Source: Marsupella aquatica (taxonomy: Eukaryota; Plantae; Marchantiophyta). Taken from it: a stretch of 64,000 bases of DNA. The DNA lies in assembly GCA_973895155.1 (NCBI GenBank), contig OZ316891.1, forward strand, positions 5,427,708 through 5,491,707. The letters are read 5' to 3'. Positions 24,261 to 38,515 of this stretch are shown here, piece by piece. Both the position numbers and the translations under genes were made by a program. Every line of letters begins with the position of its first letter. Within the stretch, counting starts at the first letter, position 1. The notes below the pieces were generated by a model. That model ran no database searches and was not told the origin of the DNA. It worked only from the letters and a program-made list of their open reading frames with translations.

Positions 24261-24608
24261 GACAGACAGCAGGAAATCAGAAAGATCATGGAACCGACTT
24301 CGAATCGGAAGGAAGTTACTCCACGAAATACAGTAAGGAGAGCCATGGACTTGGTTTCAACGATTGAGGAACCCATTAATCCTACTGAAATGGACCGGTT
24401 TTTGGCAATGGAGGAACTCATTCCCGGCGTCCCTAACTCCATCACAGTCACACATATTGTGCCGAATCTGCCATTAAGGGACCTCCACACGCTCGCCTCA
24501 GTCAGTCGCAGCTGGAGGCGGTTGATAAACAGTCCATTGATCTGGAATGACAAAGTCCGCGCTCTCAGACAATGTCTAGCTCTACTCTCAATATGTTTTC
24601 GAGAGTGA
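24261..24608 (+). CDS. Short F-box-like protein exon
   Basis: ELIPGVPNSITVTHIVPNLPLRDLHTLASVSRSWRRLINS, preceded by acceptor ACATGCAG. Confidence 0.7.
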   Translation, partial: DRQQEIRKIMEPTSNRKEVTPRNTVRRAMDLVSTIEEPINPTEMDRFLAMEELIPGVPNSITVTHIVPNLPLRDLHTLASVSRSWRRLINSPLIWNDKVRALRQCLALLSICFRE

Positions 24609-24864
24609 GATTATTTGAGTTTAATTTGGGCTGGATGACGATTAGGAGCAGTGTGCAGGAGTTTACATAAGTTTGGGATTGATGATAATGGGTATTAGTG
24701 TACAGAACATCGATAAACTAGGACATGCCACTACAACAGCTCTGTTAATAAAAATTGGCCCTTCCTAAGGCCCCCTCTGCCTTCGTTGAAATTGACATTT
24801 TTGGATACTCGTTTTGAATGTCTGTGTGAGCGAATGAAAGAGAAAATAATGAAATCGCCACATG

Positions 24865-25105
24865 AGGCAGGGGATTGTTTCAAGCCATAGAGGGATCTCG
24901 CGAGCGATATGCCTAAGAGGCAAACATATAGATTTGGATCCCAAACTTCTAAACCAAGGGGTAGATCCATGTCAAATTCTTGAGATAGGGACCCATATAG
25001 AAATGCAGCAATGACGTCTGTACATCTAATTGATGGAGATCAAAGTTGTAGTGAAGTGCACGAGCGAATAAGAAATGCAAAGATTGAAGTCGCACTGTAT
25101 GCAAA
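24865..25105 (-). mobile_element. Ty1/Copia reverse transcriptase (RVT_2) relic
   Basis: Minus strand reads, with frameshifts, TVRLQSLHFLFARALHYNFDLHQLDVQT / AFLYGSLSQEFDMDLPLG...VCLL...SLYGLKQSP. Confidence 0.85.
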
Positions 25106-25626
25106 AATGCATTGTGTCTTTGGTTGTGTGCGGGTCCCCTTACAATACTAGTTGAATGTCGTGTTTAGCTGTCCCTGTTTGGAGGTCTGGCCTGTGTCTT
25201 GGGCGGCTCCCCCTACAATAGTTGAACGTCGTGTTTAGCCGTCTCTCTTTGGAGGCCTGGCCTCTATCTTGGTTTCACTGACCACTGCTTTCTGTTTAGA
25301 TTGACTGCTGGACTCATTCCATTCATCTCTTATATCATGAAGAGAGATCTAGAGTTAAAGTACACTCTGAATGGATTTGACCACTCTTTACTCTTTCAAA
25401 CTTGTCTCCATTTAATCACAAAATATGGAGAGGGGGATGTCAGTAAGGCCACCCCTGACAATGTTCTTAACATAGAAATTAAATTTTGCAATGAGGCGGA
25501 GGTAGTTTAAATTTTGCAATGAGGACAGGCGCGATGTAGTTACGAGGTGTCTGCGCGCTGGAAGATGATGGTCACAACGTACTGACAAGTAATTGTGGGC
25601 TCCTACTTACAGGTCTATTTACGTCT

Positions 25627-28600
25627 TTATGGCTCCCGGGAGTGATTTTGAAGTGTCATCAGTCGGGAATACACACCGCCCTTTTTGAGAAGAGTTGCGT
25701 GCGAACCTTGCTCAACGACACTGCCGTCCTGCACTACTGCAATCGAGTCTGCTCCCTGGATAGTGGAGAGGCGATGGGCTACCATGATCGTCGTTCTGCC
25801 CTTCCTCATCAACTTGTCAATTGCATCCTGCACAACCTTCTCGGATTCTGCGTCCAAGGCGGATGTCGCTTCATCGAACAGGAAGATCGTAGGGTCCTTG
25901 AGCACAGCACGGGCTATGGCCACGCGTTGCTTTTGTCCACCAGAGAGTTGCACCCCCCGTTCTCCAACTTGGGTTTTGTATCCTTCGGGAAGCGAACTGA
26001 TGAATTTGTGAGCGTTAGCTGCCTTTGCCGCCTCTATAACTTCTGCCTCACTGGCTCCGTTCTTTCCATAGAGGATGTTCTCATATATGGTGGTCGCAAA
26101 GAGAGCTGGCTCTTGCTGCACCAAAGCAATGTGCCGCCGCAGAAACTGCAAATTGTAGGTCTTGATATTCTTCCCATCGATGCGAATCTCGCCGGACAAC
26201 GGATCATAGAACCTCTCGATCAAGGCTATGATGGAGCTTTTCCCGCATCCACTAGCTCCGACGAGGGCAAGGCTGCGGCCGAACTTGACCTTCAAGTTCA
26301 AATCTCGCAAGACGATGAGGTCCGGCCTTGTTGGATACGCGAATGTGACTCGCTTCAGCTCGATGTCTCCATCGATCCTTGTTTCTGTCGTCTTCTCTTT
26401 AGGACTATCCGGGTCAATTTTTGTCTCTCGATTGATGATATGGAATAGCGATGCGACGACCTGTGTTCCTCTGACAAGGTCGGGCGTGAGTGAGAAGGCC
26501 TCTGCAGCCGTAAAACTGCAAAAGACCACGATCAGAAAAACCTTCAAGATAGTCGGAAATGTGGCTTGTCCAGAAGCCACCAGTTTGCCAGCGTACCACA
26601 GCCCCAATCCAACTGACGAGTACAACAAGAACTGAGAAATCCCGTATCCGAATCCCACGACATGTCCTTTCCGAAAGCTCTTCTCGTGCATTCCTTCTAG
26701 TTCATTTGTGAAGAGAGCTTGGACCTTGTCCTCAGCACTGAATGCTGCCACGGTGCGGATATTACCCACCGCCTCTCCCGCCAATTGAGTTGCTCGATCG
26801 TATGCCTTCGCTTGCTCTTTGGCAAACTTGCTGAGTAATACTTGCTGCATCAATTAAATTTGCCACCAGAGTCAAGAACGGCCCACGTCCCCGGAACATG
26901 TTTAAACATTGAGACAAATTATGCATCATAAGACATGTTCCTGAACGGGAGAGAGATTATTACAGGAAAGTGAAAGCGGTAAGGGATGTACTCACCTCGA
27001 ATACAGCTGCACACGTGATCGCTGGAAATGCGACTAACATAATAAAGGCCAGTTTCCACTGTATTACGAAAGAGATCGCAAATGAAAGAACTGTAAGCGA
27101 GATCGTCGACACGATAACATTCGTTCGATCTACTAGGGCAGTTCTCACAGTCGTTGCGTCCGAAGCTAAACGAGCTGCCAGCTGACTGCTGTTGTTAGCA
27201 TCTTCTTCAAACCACCCAAGCTCGTTTCGCAAAATTTCTGTTCAGTAGCGCATGACATATTATCAGCAGTGTACAACAACGGAGCGCAGCATTCCTAAGT
27301 GTCTCGTTGTCATCATACGAAGTTACCACTCAGTGCTTAAATTGTAGCTTAATTTAACAGAACTTTGGATCTACTCAGTCTTCATGATTTAGTTCCAAAA
27401 AATAAGTACTATAATTAGTCTAATGTCGATGGACAGAATAGAGGACAACAAGTCAAGAGCTGGGGTTCGTCCTTACTCTCAAACAGCTTTCTACGAACGC
27501 GGTTGACCAGTTTTTCTCCCAGCACTCCCACCGAGTAATGTTGAAGATTGTAAATGACAATACAACAGACACCAAGCCCGACGAAGAACAAACTCAATTT
27601 TGAAATGTCCTTCCTCATGTGACTTTGGTCTGGATTGTAATAGTCCGCCACCACACTGGCGAGAATCAAGGCAATCATAGGGCTTATCCAGCCAGCTCCT
27701 ATTGATCCTATCATGGCTGCCAAGACATATACCCAGTCGTCCCCTGTCATTGCGATAAGGCGTTTCATCCCTCCCTTCGCAGCATTCACTACTTTTTCCT
27801 GTTGCTTTTGCTCGTGTGCTGATTCTGGCGTTCGGCTCGATCTATGGTGGCAGGTGGAACATTAATTAGGACGAGACAGCAACCCAATCACGAGCCATTA
27901 TATCGTAGTTGATATAAATACTTGACCACTCTGGTAAAGGACCCATAAAGCTGAACTCAAAACTCGACCGAAAACATATATATACCCTTCATCACAACGT
28001 GATTGATGCTTCGCTTCGTCTACTTTCTGTATGAGTTTGCACAAATGTGGATTGGGTATAAATGATTAGTGAAAGTTTTATTGGGATATTTTAGATCACA
28101 GATACAGACTGTTGCAGGACTTAGAGGGAAAGTACCGAAATTTAGGTTTCTGTTTCAAGTACCGGATGAAGTGGCATTACCCTGGATTCGAAGAATAAGA
28201 GAATGAAAAGTCGGAACTACTGCAATCTCCATGGCCACTGGTGGAATTGATGGTCCGTTCTTGAAGCGCTACCAGGGCAAAATAAGCCCCATCTTTTCTC
28301 GATAGAAGGTCTTGGTGAGTGCCGCTCTCCACAATACTCCCCTGTTCTACCACAGCAATTCTGCCCGCATTACGTATTGTAGAAAGGCGATGCGCCACCA
28401 GAATCGTAGTCCTTCCCACCATGATGCGGTCCAGGGCTTCTTGCACCTCCTGTTCTGAGCTTGCATCCAATGCACTGGTGGCCTCGTCAAGAAGCAGAAC
28501 CCTCGGATCTCTTACTATTGCGCGAGCAATTGCTATGCGCTGCCTCTGCCCCCCTGAAAGCTGGACACCCCTCTCCCCAACCTGTATCACATGCGATAGA

Positions 28601-31600
28601 GTGATCTTCAATTTTCATCAGAGTGAGCTCTTTGATAACGTCTTCACCATTTTTGCGCTTGAGTCCCTGAATTTCACTACTAACAGGCTCCTGGATCTCG
28701 AGACGGATCCAGAAGTACTTACGTACAGCTTACTGTACTGTACTGTTGAGCCTAAGGGTTCAAACGTCAGTACTACGGGGAGCACTGCTTTATTGCTTTA
28801 AACCAAACATGGTCTAGTTCCTTGCACTTTACTCTGGAATTGTAAACGTAACCTCACCGTCCGCAAAATGAATGTGAGACCTAGCTAGGCTGTAGATACG
28901 TTAAGAGAATAGTTAGAGTCTAGCATTGAGCAGAAACAGAGGCTGTTGCAACTGATTGAGTTCCACCCCATCAACTTCAGCAGATGAGGCAAGTGGGAGG
29001 AGGGACCAAGGGGCACCTGCCTGAGTTTGATATCCATGTGGAAGCGCGCTGATGAAAGTATGGGCATTTGCCACCTTGGCCGCCTCTTCAATATCTTTCT
29101 CGCTAGCATTGTCGTTACCGTATGCAATATTTGCAGCAATTGTCGTGGCAAACAATGCTGGCTCCTGGTTGACTAGGCCTATCTGCCGCCGCAACCACTT
29201 CAATTCTATCTTTCTCAGGTCCAGACCATCCAGTAAGACCTCTCCTGCAGTTTGAAGATAATTACTTATTAGGAGTGAGTGCATCATTCTACAGGCCATC
29301 AGGTCGAGAGGAACGCGGGACCATATATAGACTGTACAAAGAATGACATAAATCCAATGCCACTCAACAGATCAGCTTGTCTAGACAGTACATTGATCAG
29401 TCTTTCTGCATAGTCTGCTACCTGCAGTGGGATCATAGAAGCGTTCGATGAGTGAAACGACGGTACTCTTCCCAGAACCACTGCGGCCAACAATAGCCAC
29501 ACTCTCTCCTGACGATATAACCATGCAGAACTTCTGGAAGATAGGGAGGTCAGGCCTCGAGGGATACGAAAAATCAACGTTGCGAAGCTCAATATGACCC
29601 TCTACGTTGGTGGGCGTCATCGCACTTTGAATTGGCTTATTGATTGAAGGCTCGCGATTGATTACTTGAAACAACTTGTAAGCGGCAGCCTGTGCTTTTT
29701 GAAATGGAGTGATATTGGACATGGCTAGTGCTAGCGACCTGTGTTGCGTTTCAGACAAGCTTGTCAGCAAACAAATGAATATTGATTCACGTACTGCAGA
29801 TCAATTGTGCGCAATTGATAAGCGAGAGTCCCTTAATTCCACTACATTGCTTTTCTTATTATAATGTCACCCACTCATTAACTCCCGCTTTACCTCCGAA
29901 GCAGTCATTCAACTTCTAATCTCAAAAGATGACAAAGGAAAACTAGCTTCACAATAATAAATCATGAATCGATAAACAAGATTGTATCTATATAAATGAC
30001 CATAAAACCTCTGCAAAGTAAAATTACATATCAGGGTTGATGCCAATCGATCAATAAAGTAGACTTACGTGCTCCCGACGACGACGTTGAAAATTGTGGC
30101 AATGACATCGCCCCCATTGGCTACACCCTTGCGGACGAGGATCCCGCCGAAAAAGAGGCACAAAGCATAGCAGCTGAACAGAACATACACGGTAATACCC
30201 AATCCCATACCCTTGACAAAAGCACCTCTCACACTGAGCTTGAGCGTCTTCTGTAACGCGTCCGAATAAGACTTGGCAAATTTCTCCTCAGCCACAAAAG
30301 AGTGGACAGTACGAACCTGAGAAAACGCCTGCATCCAGGAGCAAAAGCCTATATTGTGACATTCAGAAATGTGAATAAAGACAATTCAGTGGACGGAGCA
30401 CAGCTTTAAAACAAGAATATAGAACAATATCATTTACACGCCCCTCACCATGGTCCATAGCTCTTGCTTCAATTTTGATACCAAAAAATCTTAGGAAGGC
30501 ATAATTATAAGCAGACGACGTTGTCTCATCTGATGCCCAAAGCTGTGTAAACTCCGAGACATATCTATAGTTCGAAATTATATATATATAATAATTATAT
30601 CTATATAAAGTGGTAGAAAGATGAGTTTCCTAAAGAAATTGAAAAGTCTTAAGAACTAACAACCGAGGGTTAGCCCAGACGAATATGATGTAAAAGCAAA
30701 GAATAAACAACTGAATTTTCATGGTGAAAAGAACGATTCCTTCAATTAATAAGATTTACATAGATGTATTTTTGTGTGTGAGAAAACAAAAGCAGTCCAC
30801 CCAAAATATTACTGGGTTCTGTGCATTTCAAGATCTTTAGAACTGGAACAGCCACCTAACGCTAAGATCAAGCTCAGTTGGGCCATCTTAACTCTTTAGT
30901 CCGGCTGCCCTAACAAACAGCAAAACGAAAAAGACTAATTGTCAATAGCTAAAGATCTCTTGGTAAGTAATCAATATTCGTTTTCCAAAACATTAATTGT
31001 TTTAGGAAAACGGATTAATTTGTGCTATAAATAGATTTGAAGAGACCACGATTTTGGGCACGCTTTTTGTTCCTTTACTAGGTTTGGTGGTTTTTTAACT
31101 TTTCCCATGGAAAAGAAAGGAATTGTAATCCTACATTTATTTAGGTCTTATAGTTATTGTCAAATTTTGATAGTCCATCCACTGTCTAGCTTATGACAAC
31201 AAACTGCGTGACGTTTTAGTAATATAATCTTGTCAACTTTGGTTGCGGTCGTCCCTATTTTTCATGACATCTGCTTATTATTTTGGTTAGTTGCCCTAAA
31301 GTTCTCGACATTGGCGTTTTATGTCCTAAGACTCAAGTGCATCCACTAAGATCCCACTCCACTCAGATCCCAATCTAATGAAGTCTCCAAAGTTTTGACT
31401 TGCTGTTGTGCTATTTGAAGTTAAAGACAAAGATGCTGATGACTTTAGACCTTCAGGTGATATCTCGACCAGCGATGACCAGAAATTGTCATCGCTTATT
31501 CCTGATGGTCACCAGCATTCAGATGTATTGCTGTTGTGGCGTACATATATCAAAGATGCTGCCATGCAAAGTATATTTGTCTGAGCTAGCAAGACCTCGT

Positions 31601-33554
31601 CTCTTGTGAGAATCATTGTGGGATCAGAAAAAAATATTACTTGGGTCAGCGAACACATTTCACTGAGTTAGCAATGTGGTTGTGTCTTGTAAGAGTCTGT
31701 GGGACCAGAGAAACCCATAGAGCATGGGATCTAGACAGGCTGCCGTCCTTTTGTAAGCTAGATACGCTCAAACATTCGTTTAGCTATTGTATACGTGTAA
31801 CGCAGCCACTTCATGAGAGACATAAGAGCCTTCTACACTGCGCTGAATCCAGAAAGACCCAGACCACTACTTCCGATTCCATTCAGTTGCTGAGCAGCGA
31901 TATCCTGAAGGAAACCAGAGAATAATATATGGCTACATACATCTTCCGCAATCTCTCGATTCACCAAAATGCATGACATTGAGACCCTTAATTTAATCGA
32001 GAACAAGACCTCATCTGCTTGAACAGATCGAGATTACATTACCTCGTACGCGATGCTTCCTGCTTCGGAGTAGGCAGATTGTGCTTTCGTCGTGTAACGA
32101 CTGAGGTAATAGGCGTATAGACCTCCTGATAACGCGATGCACGGTATGACGGCTAGGGTCACGACGGCAATTCGCCACATTGAGTAGAAAGAGAGGATGA
32201 AACTCGCGAAGAAGGTCACTGTATGGTGGAGGAAGTGGCCCGTCTGCGCAGATCGACACAGAACGAAAGAAGCAAAAGTGTTGATTCCGTGTTCAATTGT
32301 TGCCCGAGTAATTTGACCTGTAATTAATAACTTGTCATCAAGGTATCGAGAATGGCAGTACAGCCGTCGCTTTATACCTTTTCACTTATGGCATCCTGCA
32401 CTGCGAGGGAGTCAGTGGCGACGCAGTTTACAATGTCTCCGGTGTTGGTCTCAGTATCAAAATACGCCACGTCTTGCCGAAGCAGCGCTTGAAGGTACTT
32501 CGTCCTCAGTCTTGTTGCCTGCCTGTGTCCGCTTTGCATCCAAAATGCAATCTCTGGGCGGCGGTGGATCGACAAGCAGAACATTAGAACAACACTTTCC
32601 TGAGGAGCTTCAATCAACCCAAGCACCAAAGCACACTGACAACAGAACTGGATTCTCCGATTCGGATCAAAAAGAAAACGCGTAGGGGGCAATAATATAC
32701 CTAGCCATGATGAAACAAGACATACGGTGCTCATATATATGAAATATAAAGCATACTGCATCACACAAACGCAATACAACAAGATTCTTAGCGTGTGACG
32801 AAATTGACGTCAGTATGTCCGTAGTAGATCGCCTTATGCATGCACCTCGCGAAAAGTTTGCAATGAACTGACCGACTCGATGTTTAAGCACCATGCACAG
32901 CAGAGCGGCAGCATTTTCAAAATGTTGAGCTTTTGTCACTTATATATGAGTTTCTAATCATGAATAGCTGACTGTCAAGTACGTATTCTAATCAGAGCTA
33001 GTTGCTATGTAGTCCAGTCCGTCAATTGCTGAAGTGAATTTGTACTTAGTGAACCCCAAAGGCTAGCAACGCTAGTAGAATACTTCAGCTAAAAGGTGAA
33101 CGGAGTTTCAACTACATGTCAAATACACGAAAGCCAGATCATGGCCAGCAGCAAGGGTTACACGATAGCTACGACTCGGGTTAGTGACTGCTTAGCTGCA
33201 CTAGTGTACCTTATCCGTAGTTCGCTGTATATTGTGTGAGCTCCCAATTCCGTTGAGAAGTCTTCCGAAAAACACAAGTATGAGAGGAAGAGCTATGCCG
33301 TGACCAATAGCGCCAGCGGATCCAACAAACATCAATCCACAGTCGAATCTGTCAGCGAATGAATATAGCTTTACAAGAGACACCTTCTGTTCCGTTGGCT
33401 TTGCGGATTTCCCAACATTTTTCTCCTGATTGTTACCTTCAACCTTTGCCTTTGCCCATCTCCACCACTTGTCTTTCTTCTTCTTCTCCTCAAGCTCACC
33501 TTCATCGTACTTCCTTGCACTAGAGCGATCCTCAATATAGTCTCGGAGGTTCAT
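25627..33554 (-). CDS. ABCB: Full-length ABCB (MDR/P-glycoprotein) transporter, ~11 exons
   Basis: TMD-NBD-TMD-NBD layout. Approximate exons: 33554-33210, 32755-32701, 32554-32377, 32243-32041, 30329-30069, 29738-29421, 29246-29017, 28581-28180, 27842-27476, 27237-26996, 26844-25627. [11 protein letters not shown]-terminus; Walker [10 protein letters not shown] and GASGCGKSS; LSGGQ signature twice; [18 protein letters not shown]. Confidence 0.95.
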
Positions 33555-36197
33555 TGTGAGCAACCACTGGAGCTCGTTGCAGACGTCAAAAACACCAAAC
33601 AGACAGGCTAGGATGCCGATACATGACACCTAGAGCAGGTTCCTAAAGATTATAACTCCACTTCGCTTAGGTGCCATGAGGGTAAGTTCCTCATGAAGCG
33701 CTGTGAATGATCAAATGCCGCAACCTCTTCCGACACATCAACCAATTAGACCAAGAGGCACATTCTTTCGTTGTTGTCCAGTGCAGATGTAACAAGACAA
33801 CGATTGATTCGCGAAAACTGCAGCTGCTATGCAGGGGAACTCGAACAGACGCGAACGGAGCCTTGCCAAAGGTCAGACCAAGGGGAACATTCCCTGGCCA
33901 TCATGCATCACAAGTAAAATCCACGGCATTCCTCTAACTTTAGAGCACAACGAGGAAACCTCAATTCAAAACTCAACGCTCCTTGGTTATCCCAGAATTG
34001 CTGCCGCCTGATTCAGATTGTACGTACGTCTAGTCAAATCAACTGAATGAGTGATACCAGAGTGATACCAGGGGTCGAGATGAGGTTCTAAAATTGAACT
34101 TCCTCGAGCTGTATTTGCCCAAGTGCGCTGGGGGTTTAGTGACTGATGATATTTCCAAGGGTCACATAGCTTTTCGCCTGGGCTGGCACGAGGATTTGAC
34201 TGGGGCCTATTATACTCAGAACTGACTGCAACACCCTATTTCCACTCCAACGAGACAATGATGACCTGATCCAGAACATATGCCTCGCATATCCAACGGC
34301 ACATTCGAAAGCACAATTTATGTCTTCCCTCTTATATATTAATTGAACTACCGCAATTCCTAGGTAACAACGTCAAAATAATGCCGGCTCATTCAAGGCA
34401 AATAAGAGCTGAACACTGTGTCCTTCCCATGACGTTTCTGAGTCGCTGTACCTGGTCTTAAAAACGGTGATAGGAATACGTTTTGGGGGGGAGTTCTCTG
34501 CTAAAAGTATTTGAGACATACTTGTCATATAATTTTGTATTATTTAATTCATGTCAGTATAGTTCACTGGCCCCAATGCACAACCATGCCTGATATAAAG
34601 TAACAGTTGTGAAGGCAAGCTAGGGTCTAAAGCTAAGGTCTATTTTAGAGGCGAGGAAGTGTCCTCTGGGCAAGAAAATAACTTTGGAAAGGAAGTGTCT
34701 TGGAGGGAGGCAACAAAGTGTACTCAAGGGTGTTGTTGATGCTGGGTTGATGCAAAACATAATAGTGCCCAAGGACAACCTAGTCAAAATTGTTGCACTT
34801 TGGGTACTCAGGCCATCGCACCTATAGTGTCGTGTTGTTGGCCCTTCATCACGAGCGAGAGCAAGGAAGGGATGTTCGTGAGGGTGGGGTGGACATCAGC
34901 AAAGGGAGGAATCGTGGAGGGAGGCAGAGTCATGCAAGGGAGGGACAGGCGGTCAAGGCGTGCCTGGGCATGCCCAGCATTGCATGGAGTCGGGCAAAAG
35001 GTCTTAATTAGGGAGGGATGGCTGGGGATCCTTGCGGGGATCCTTGAATGCATGGATGGGACCAAGGGCAGGCTTGCAAGGTAGGTTTTAGGCAAAAAGG
35101 GGGGCCACATATGGGACCAAAAATTAATGGCCGCATACCATATTGTCCACCATATTGTCACAATTCTTTGCATATTCTGACCACATAGCTTTGGTCTCTG
35201 GCTTGATTTACTCCATAGCTATATCAGTTTGTTGCTCAGTACTACCTTAATTATTTTGTCATTGAATTGTTGGGGACTTTCAGGATTTTTGGCCCTTTGA
35301 TCTTCTCTTTATTACAGTAAGTCTCCTGCCCTTGAGGTCATGTCTGTCCCTCCAGGGTAGGCATGGCATTTTTGCTCATTGCACTTGATACATTAAATAT
35401 TTTTTTATTGAAACATGTTTGTAAGTATTGTAGGTTCTACTAACCTTTGCCTCTTTGCCCCTGCGATTGAATGTATTCTCCACGCAGGGATCTGGCCTAG
35501 CCATCCCAGCGAAAAACGTTGGGCCTGCACCTGGGGAGGGGAGGGGATGCACCGAATAATGCTCCCAATGCTTTCCCCTATGAAGGCTAGTAGAGCGGGT
35601 AGTAGAGACAACAAAAAAATCGATAGATGGAAAATAACGGACAAAACGATTAATATTGTCTTCACAAGCTAGGGTCTAATCTCAGTCGTACGTTATCGAT
35701 CGAGTTGATCGTGTTCCCCATCGTGTCTTACGTGGAGCGTAGAGGTGGTGAGGACCTGAGACAATTGCTGTCTGTGAGAACTTTTCCACAACGCCAAACA
35801 GTCCAAGAGGACACCGACAAAACCTCTTTGACAGTTTGTGGCTCAGGTTGCGTGCCCAACGATTGCCTTCGTCCACTATTTTTGGACATCGTTGTTTTTC
35901 TCGCACGAAGTGCGTCTGGTAATTCTCCTTACTCGATCTGAATGTGGACTTTTTCTGGCTCAGGGAGCTTGTCCTGTGCATGATTCAATTTCCTTCATCG
36001 TCTTGACTGTGATCCATTTCTGGCTAACGTTGCGTGTGGAGTGTCTGACACGAAACCCAACCTCATTCATTTTCTGGCAGAACTTTGTTCCGTACGTACT
36101 ATTTGATTTGACTCTGATGTCATTATTTGTATACAAACTTTGTCATCTCGATGCCCATTGCTTTGTGCACATCAAAATATGACATATACGATGTACT

Positions 36198-36356
36198 AAC
36201 ACCCCTGCCAGTGATAATCCTAGTTTTTTCCTTTCAATCAATGAATGCAGCCACATTTTGATGTGTGATTACCAGTACGAACACCCCTGCCAGTGATAAT
36301 CCTAGTTTTTTCCTTTCAATCAATGAATGCAGCCACATTTTGATGTGTGATTACCA
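36198..36356. repeat. 77-bp tandem duplication
   Basis: AACACCCCTGCCAGTGATAATCC...TGTGATTACCA at 36198-36274 and 36280-36356. Confidence 0.9.
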
Positions 36357-38515
36357 ACAGGGCATTGCTTTGATTGTCACCATTTAATAATCATCGCTCT
36401 CATGGTCTACAGGTCAATCAAGTTAGTTCAGTATTATTATATATTATATAGAGTACCAATTCGCTTGATTGCTGCATGTTTGTGTTATCTTTCTTAAGCA
36501 CAATTAAGTGCCTAAGCAGGTCTTCGTCTGTCCATGGAGCCTTTGGATCACATCAGAGGTAGTCTGAATTTGTATCATTTCGGGGAAGTGGGCACTATGA
36601 GGGTCCGATGATGCTAAACAAAGAAGGCAACCGGCTTGAAAGCCTAATTCCGAGTCACTTCGGCATTGCTCCGGGATTAGAGTTCCTAGTTTCGGGCGTT
36701 CTGTAGGACCCCGTTTGAAGGGTTTTGAATCTCGTGCTCACATGTGTCTCTGGCGATTCAAGAATCCCCTTTCATTGCTTACAATACCTAAATCGGCATT
36801 CCTGACACCAATCTCAGAAAGTCGTCCAAAGCTTTTCATTCTCAACCAATGAAAATTGTGGATAGGAGGTGCTGGATCAAGGTGCTGCTGGAAAGCTCGG
36901 TGATGATACCGATTGAGCAAGACCAAGCATAGTTCCAGTAGCTCGCGACACTAAACTCTAAACCCCTGATGAAAGTGACAACAACCAGACGAACGTGTTG
37001 AGAAGTAGATGACTCAGCCAGCTGGACCAAGACAAGGAAAGAACGAGAAAACACGATTATTTTTTTCCCTTGCTCCTGCTAATCATGTGTGTACTTTGTA
37101 GCAAATGTTCGCTCTGGTTGATTTTCGACATTCAAGCGTGGTAGCGTAGTTCGAAGTGTGTGCCAGAGTTTGGTCCACCGGTACATTGAGCTCACCTGGC
37201 ACGGAACCGCGAAATACTGCGGAAAGGGAAGGTCTGTGAGGTCGATTTACCTGCAAAGTAAACGAGAAACTGGAACCACAGAACGCAGGAGAATTACCAA
37301 TTGGTGGCCCGGGCGAGAAGCATGTATCTGAAAGGGATGGTTAGCAAGGAGATACAGATCGTTAACGCGTCGGGCACATCCTATTCTCAGCGCGCATGTT
37401 CACGAACGTACAGCCTCGCACGGATTCTTCAGCAATGTAATGACCAGTCTCTGTTTGTGTATAGAAAGTCTCTGAGGACTCTTTGGTAGCTAGCATCTTC
37501 ATTGACATACTACCGATCGACGAGTCCAGTCAGACGGGGACAGTTGTTCGCCTGGACTAGATCTCCGACACCCATGCTGTACACTTAAATATCGACCAGC
37601 AGGCCACGGTTGACTTCTCAATTAATCAGAAACGCGCTCTCAGATTTCAGAAAACCTCGACCATGCGGTACCTCAGTCAGCCAGCAAGTATACATCCCAC
37701 CCATTGACCCATGCATTTAAGCTCGTAATTTACAATATATTGCTGGAGAGGAGACATACAAGTTCAATTTTCGATTTAGTAATTTCATATCAAATTCTGT
37801 GGTGGGCAGTAGACATCTGCAGACCCTTGTCTCTTATCGGCGATACCATGTGCGTCTGATGTATATTTGTCCTACAGTGAACACCACTCATCAACGGCTC
37901 TACGCCCTCCGCTGTATGCAGGTGGTGCCAGTGAATCTAAAAGTTACTTGAATTGAACGGCATCTCGGCCGGATACATGTATCTGCATTTTATTGATCGA
38001 TCGATCCAGCAACTCGATTCAAGCTTTGAGGCACCGTGAACACTGGGCATGCAAGATTGTTTTCGAGGGATTGAGATTTTCCAAACGCACTTTGCATATA
38101 TTGCATATATAGGTCCAAGATGCGGTGAAGGGTCAACGGTTGAAATGTTGGAGAACACAGGCTAGGGCACCGTAAAAGGTGATCGGTTGGACATCTTGAA
38201 CGATAAACGATGCTCAGATCGACATGCAGTGCTTGAGTTTGTCATGTAGGTGCGCCCTTGCGTCATAGCCTCTCTTCCATCCATAGACAACATAGAAAGG
38301 ACGCGCGGGACATTTCTTTCCAGTCCAATTGCAGAATTGGCTTTAATCGTCGAAGGTCGAGCATCATATCTCGAGAGAACACTCAACGACGAACAACTTC
38401 CTTGAGGTTCGGGGTGCCGCTCAAGACTGGTCTAATACTTCCAGCTACAGAGCTGGTCTAAGAGGCAGTCAGAGCTCGAACCGGACCTCAGCCAGAGCAA
38501 AGACACGTTCGCAGG

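Noticed and set aside
25642-26635. Plus-strand ORFs opposite ABCB
   Set aside because: Antisense shadows of the NBD exon
34552-36050. Possible solo LTR (TGTCAG...CTGACA)
   Set aside because: The flanks show no target-site duplication and no PBS or PPT was identified; probably repeat-derived but not classifiable
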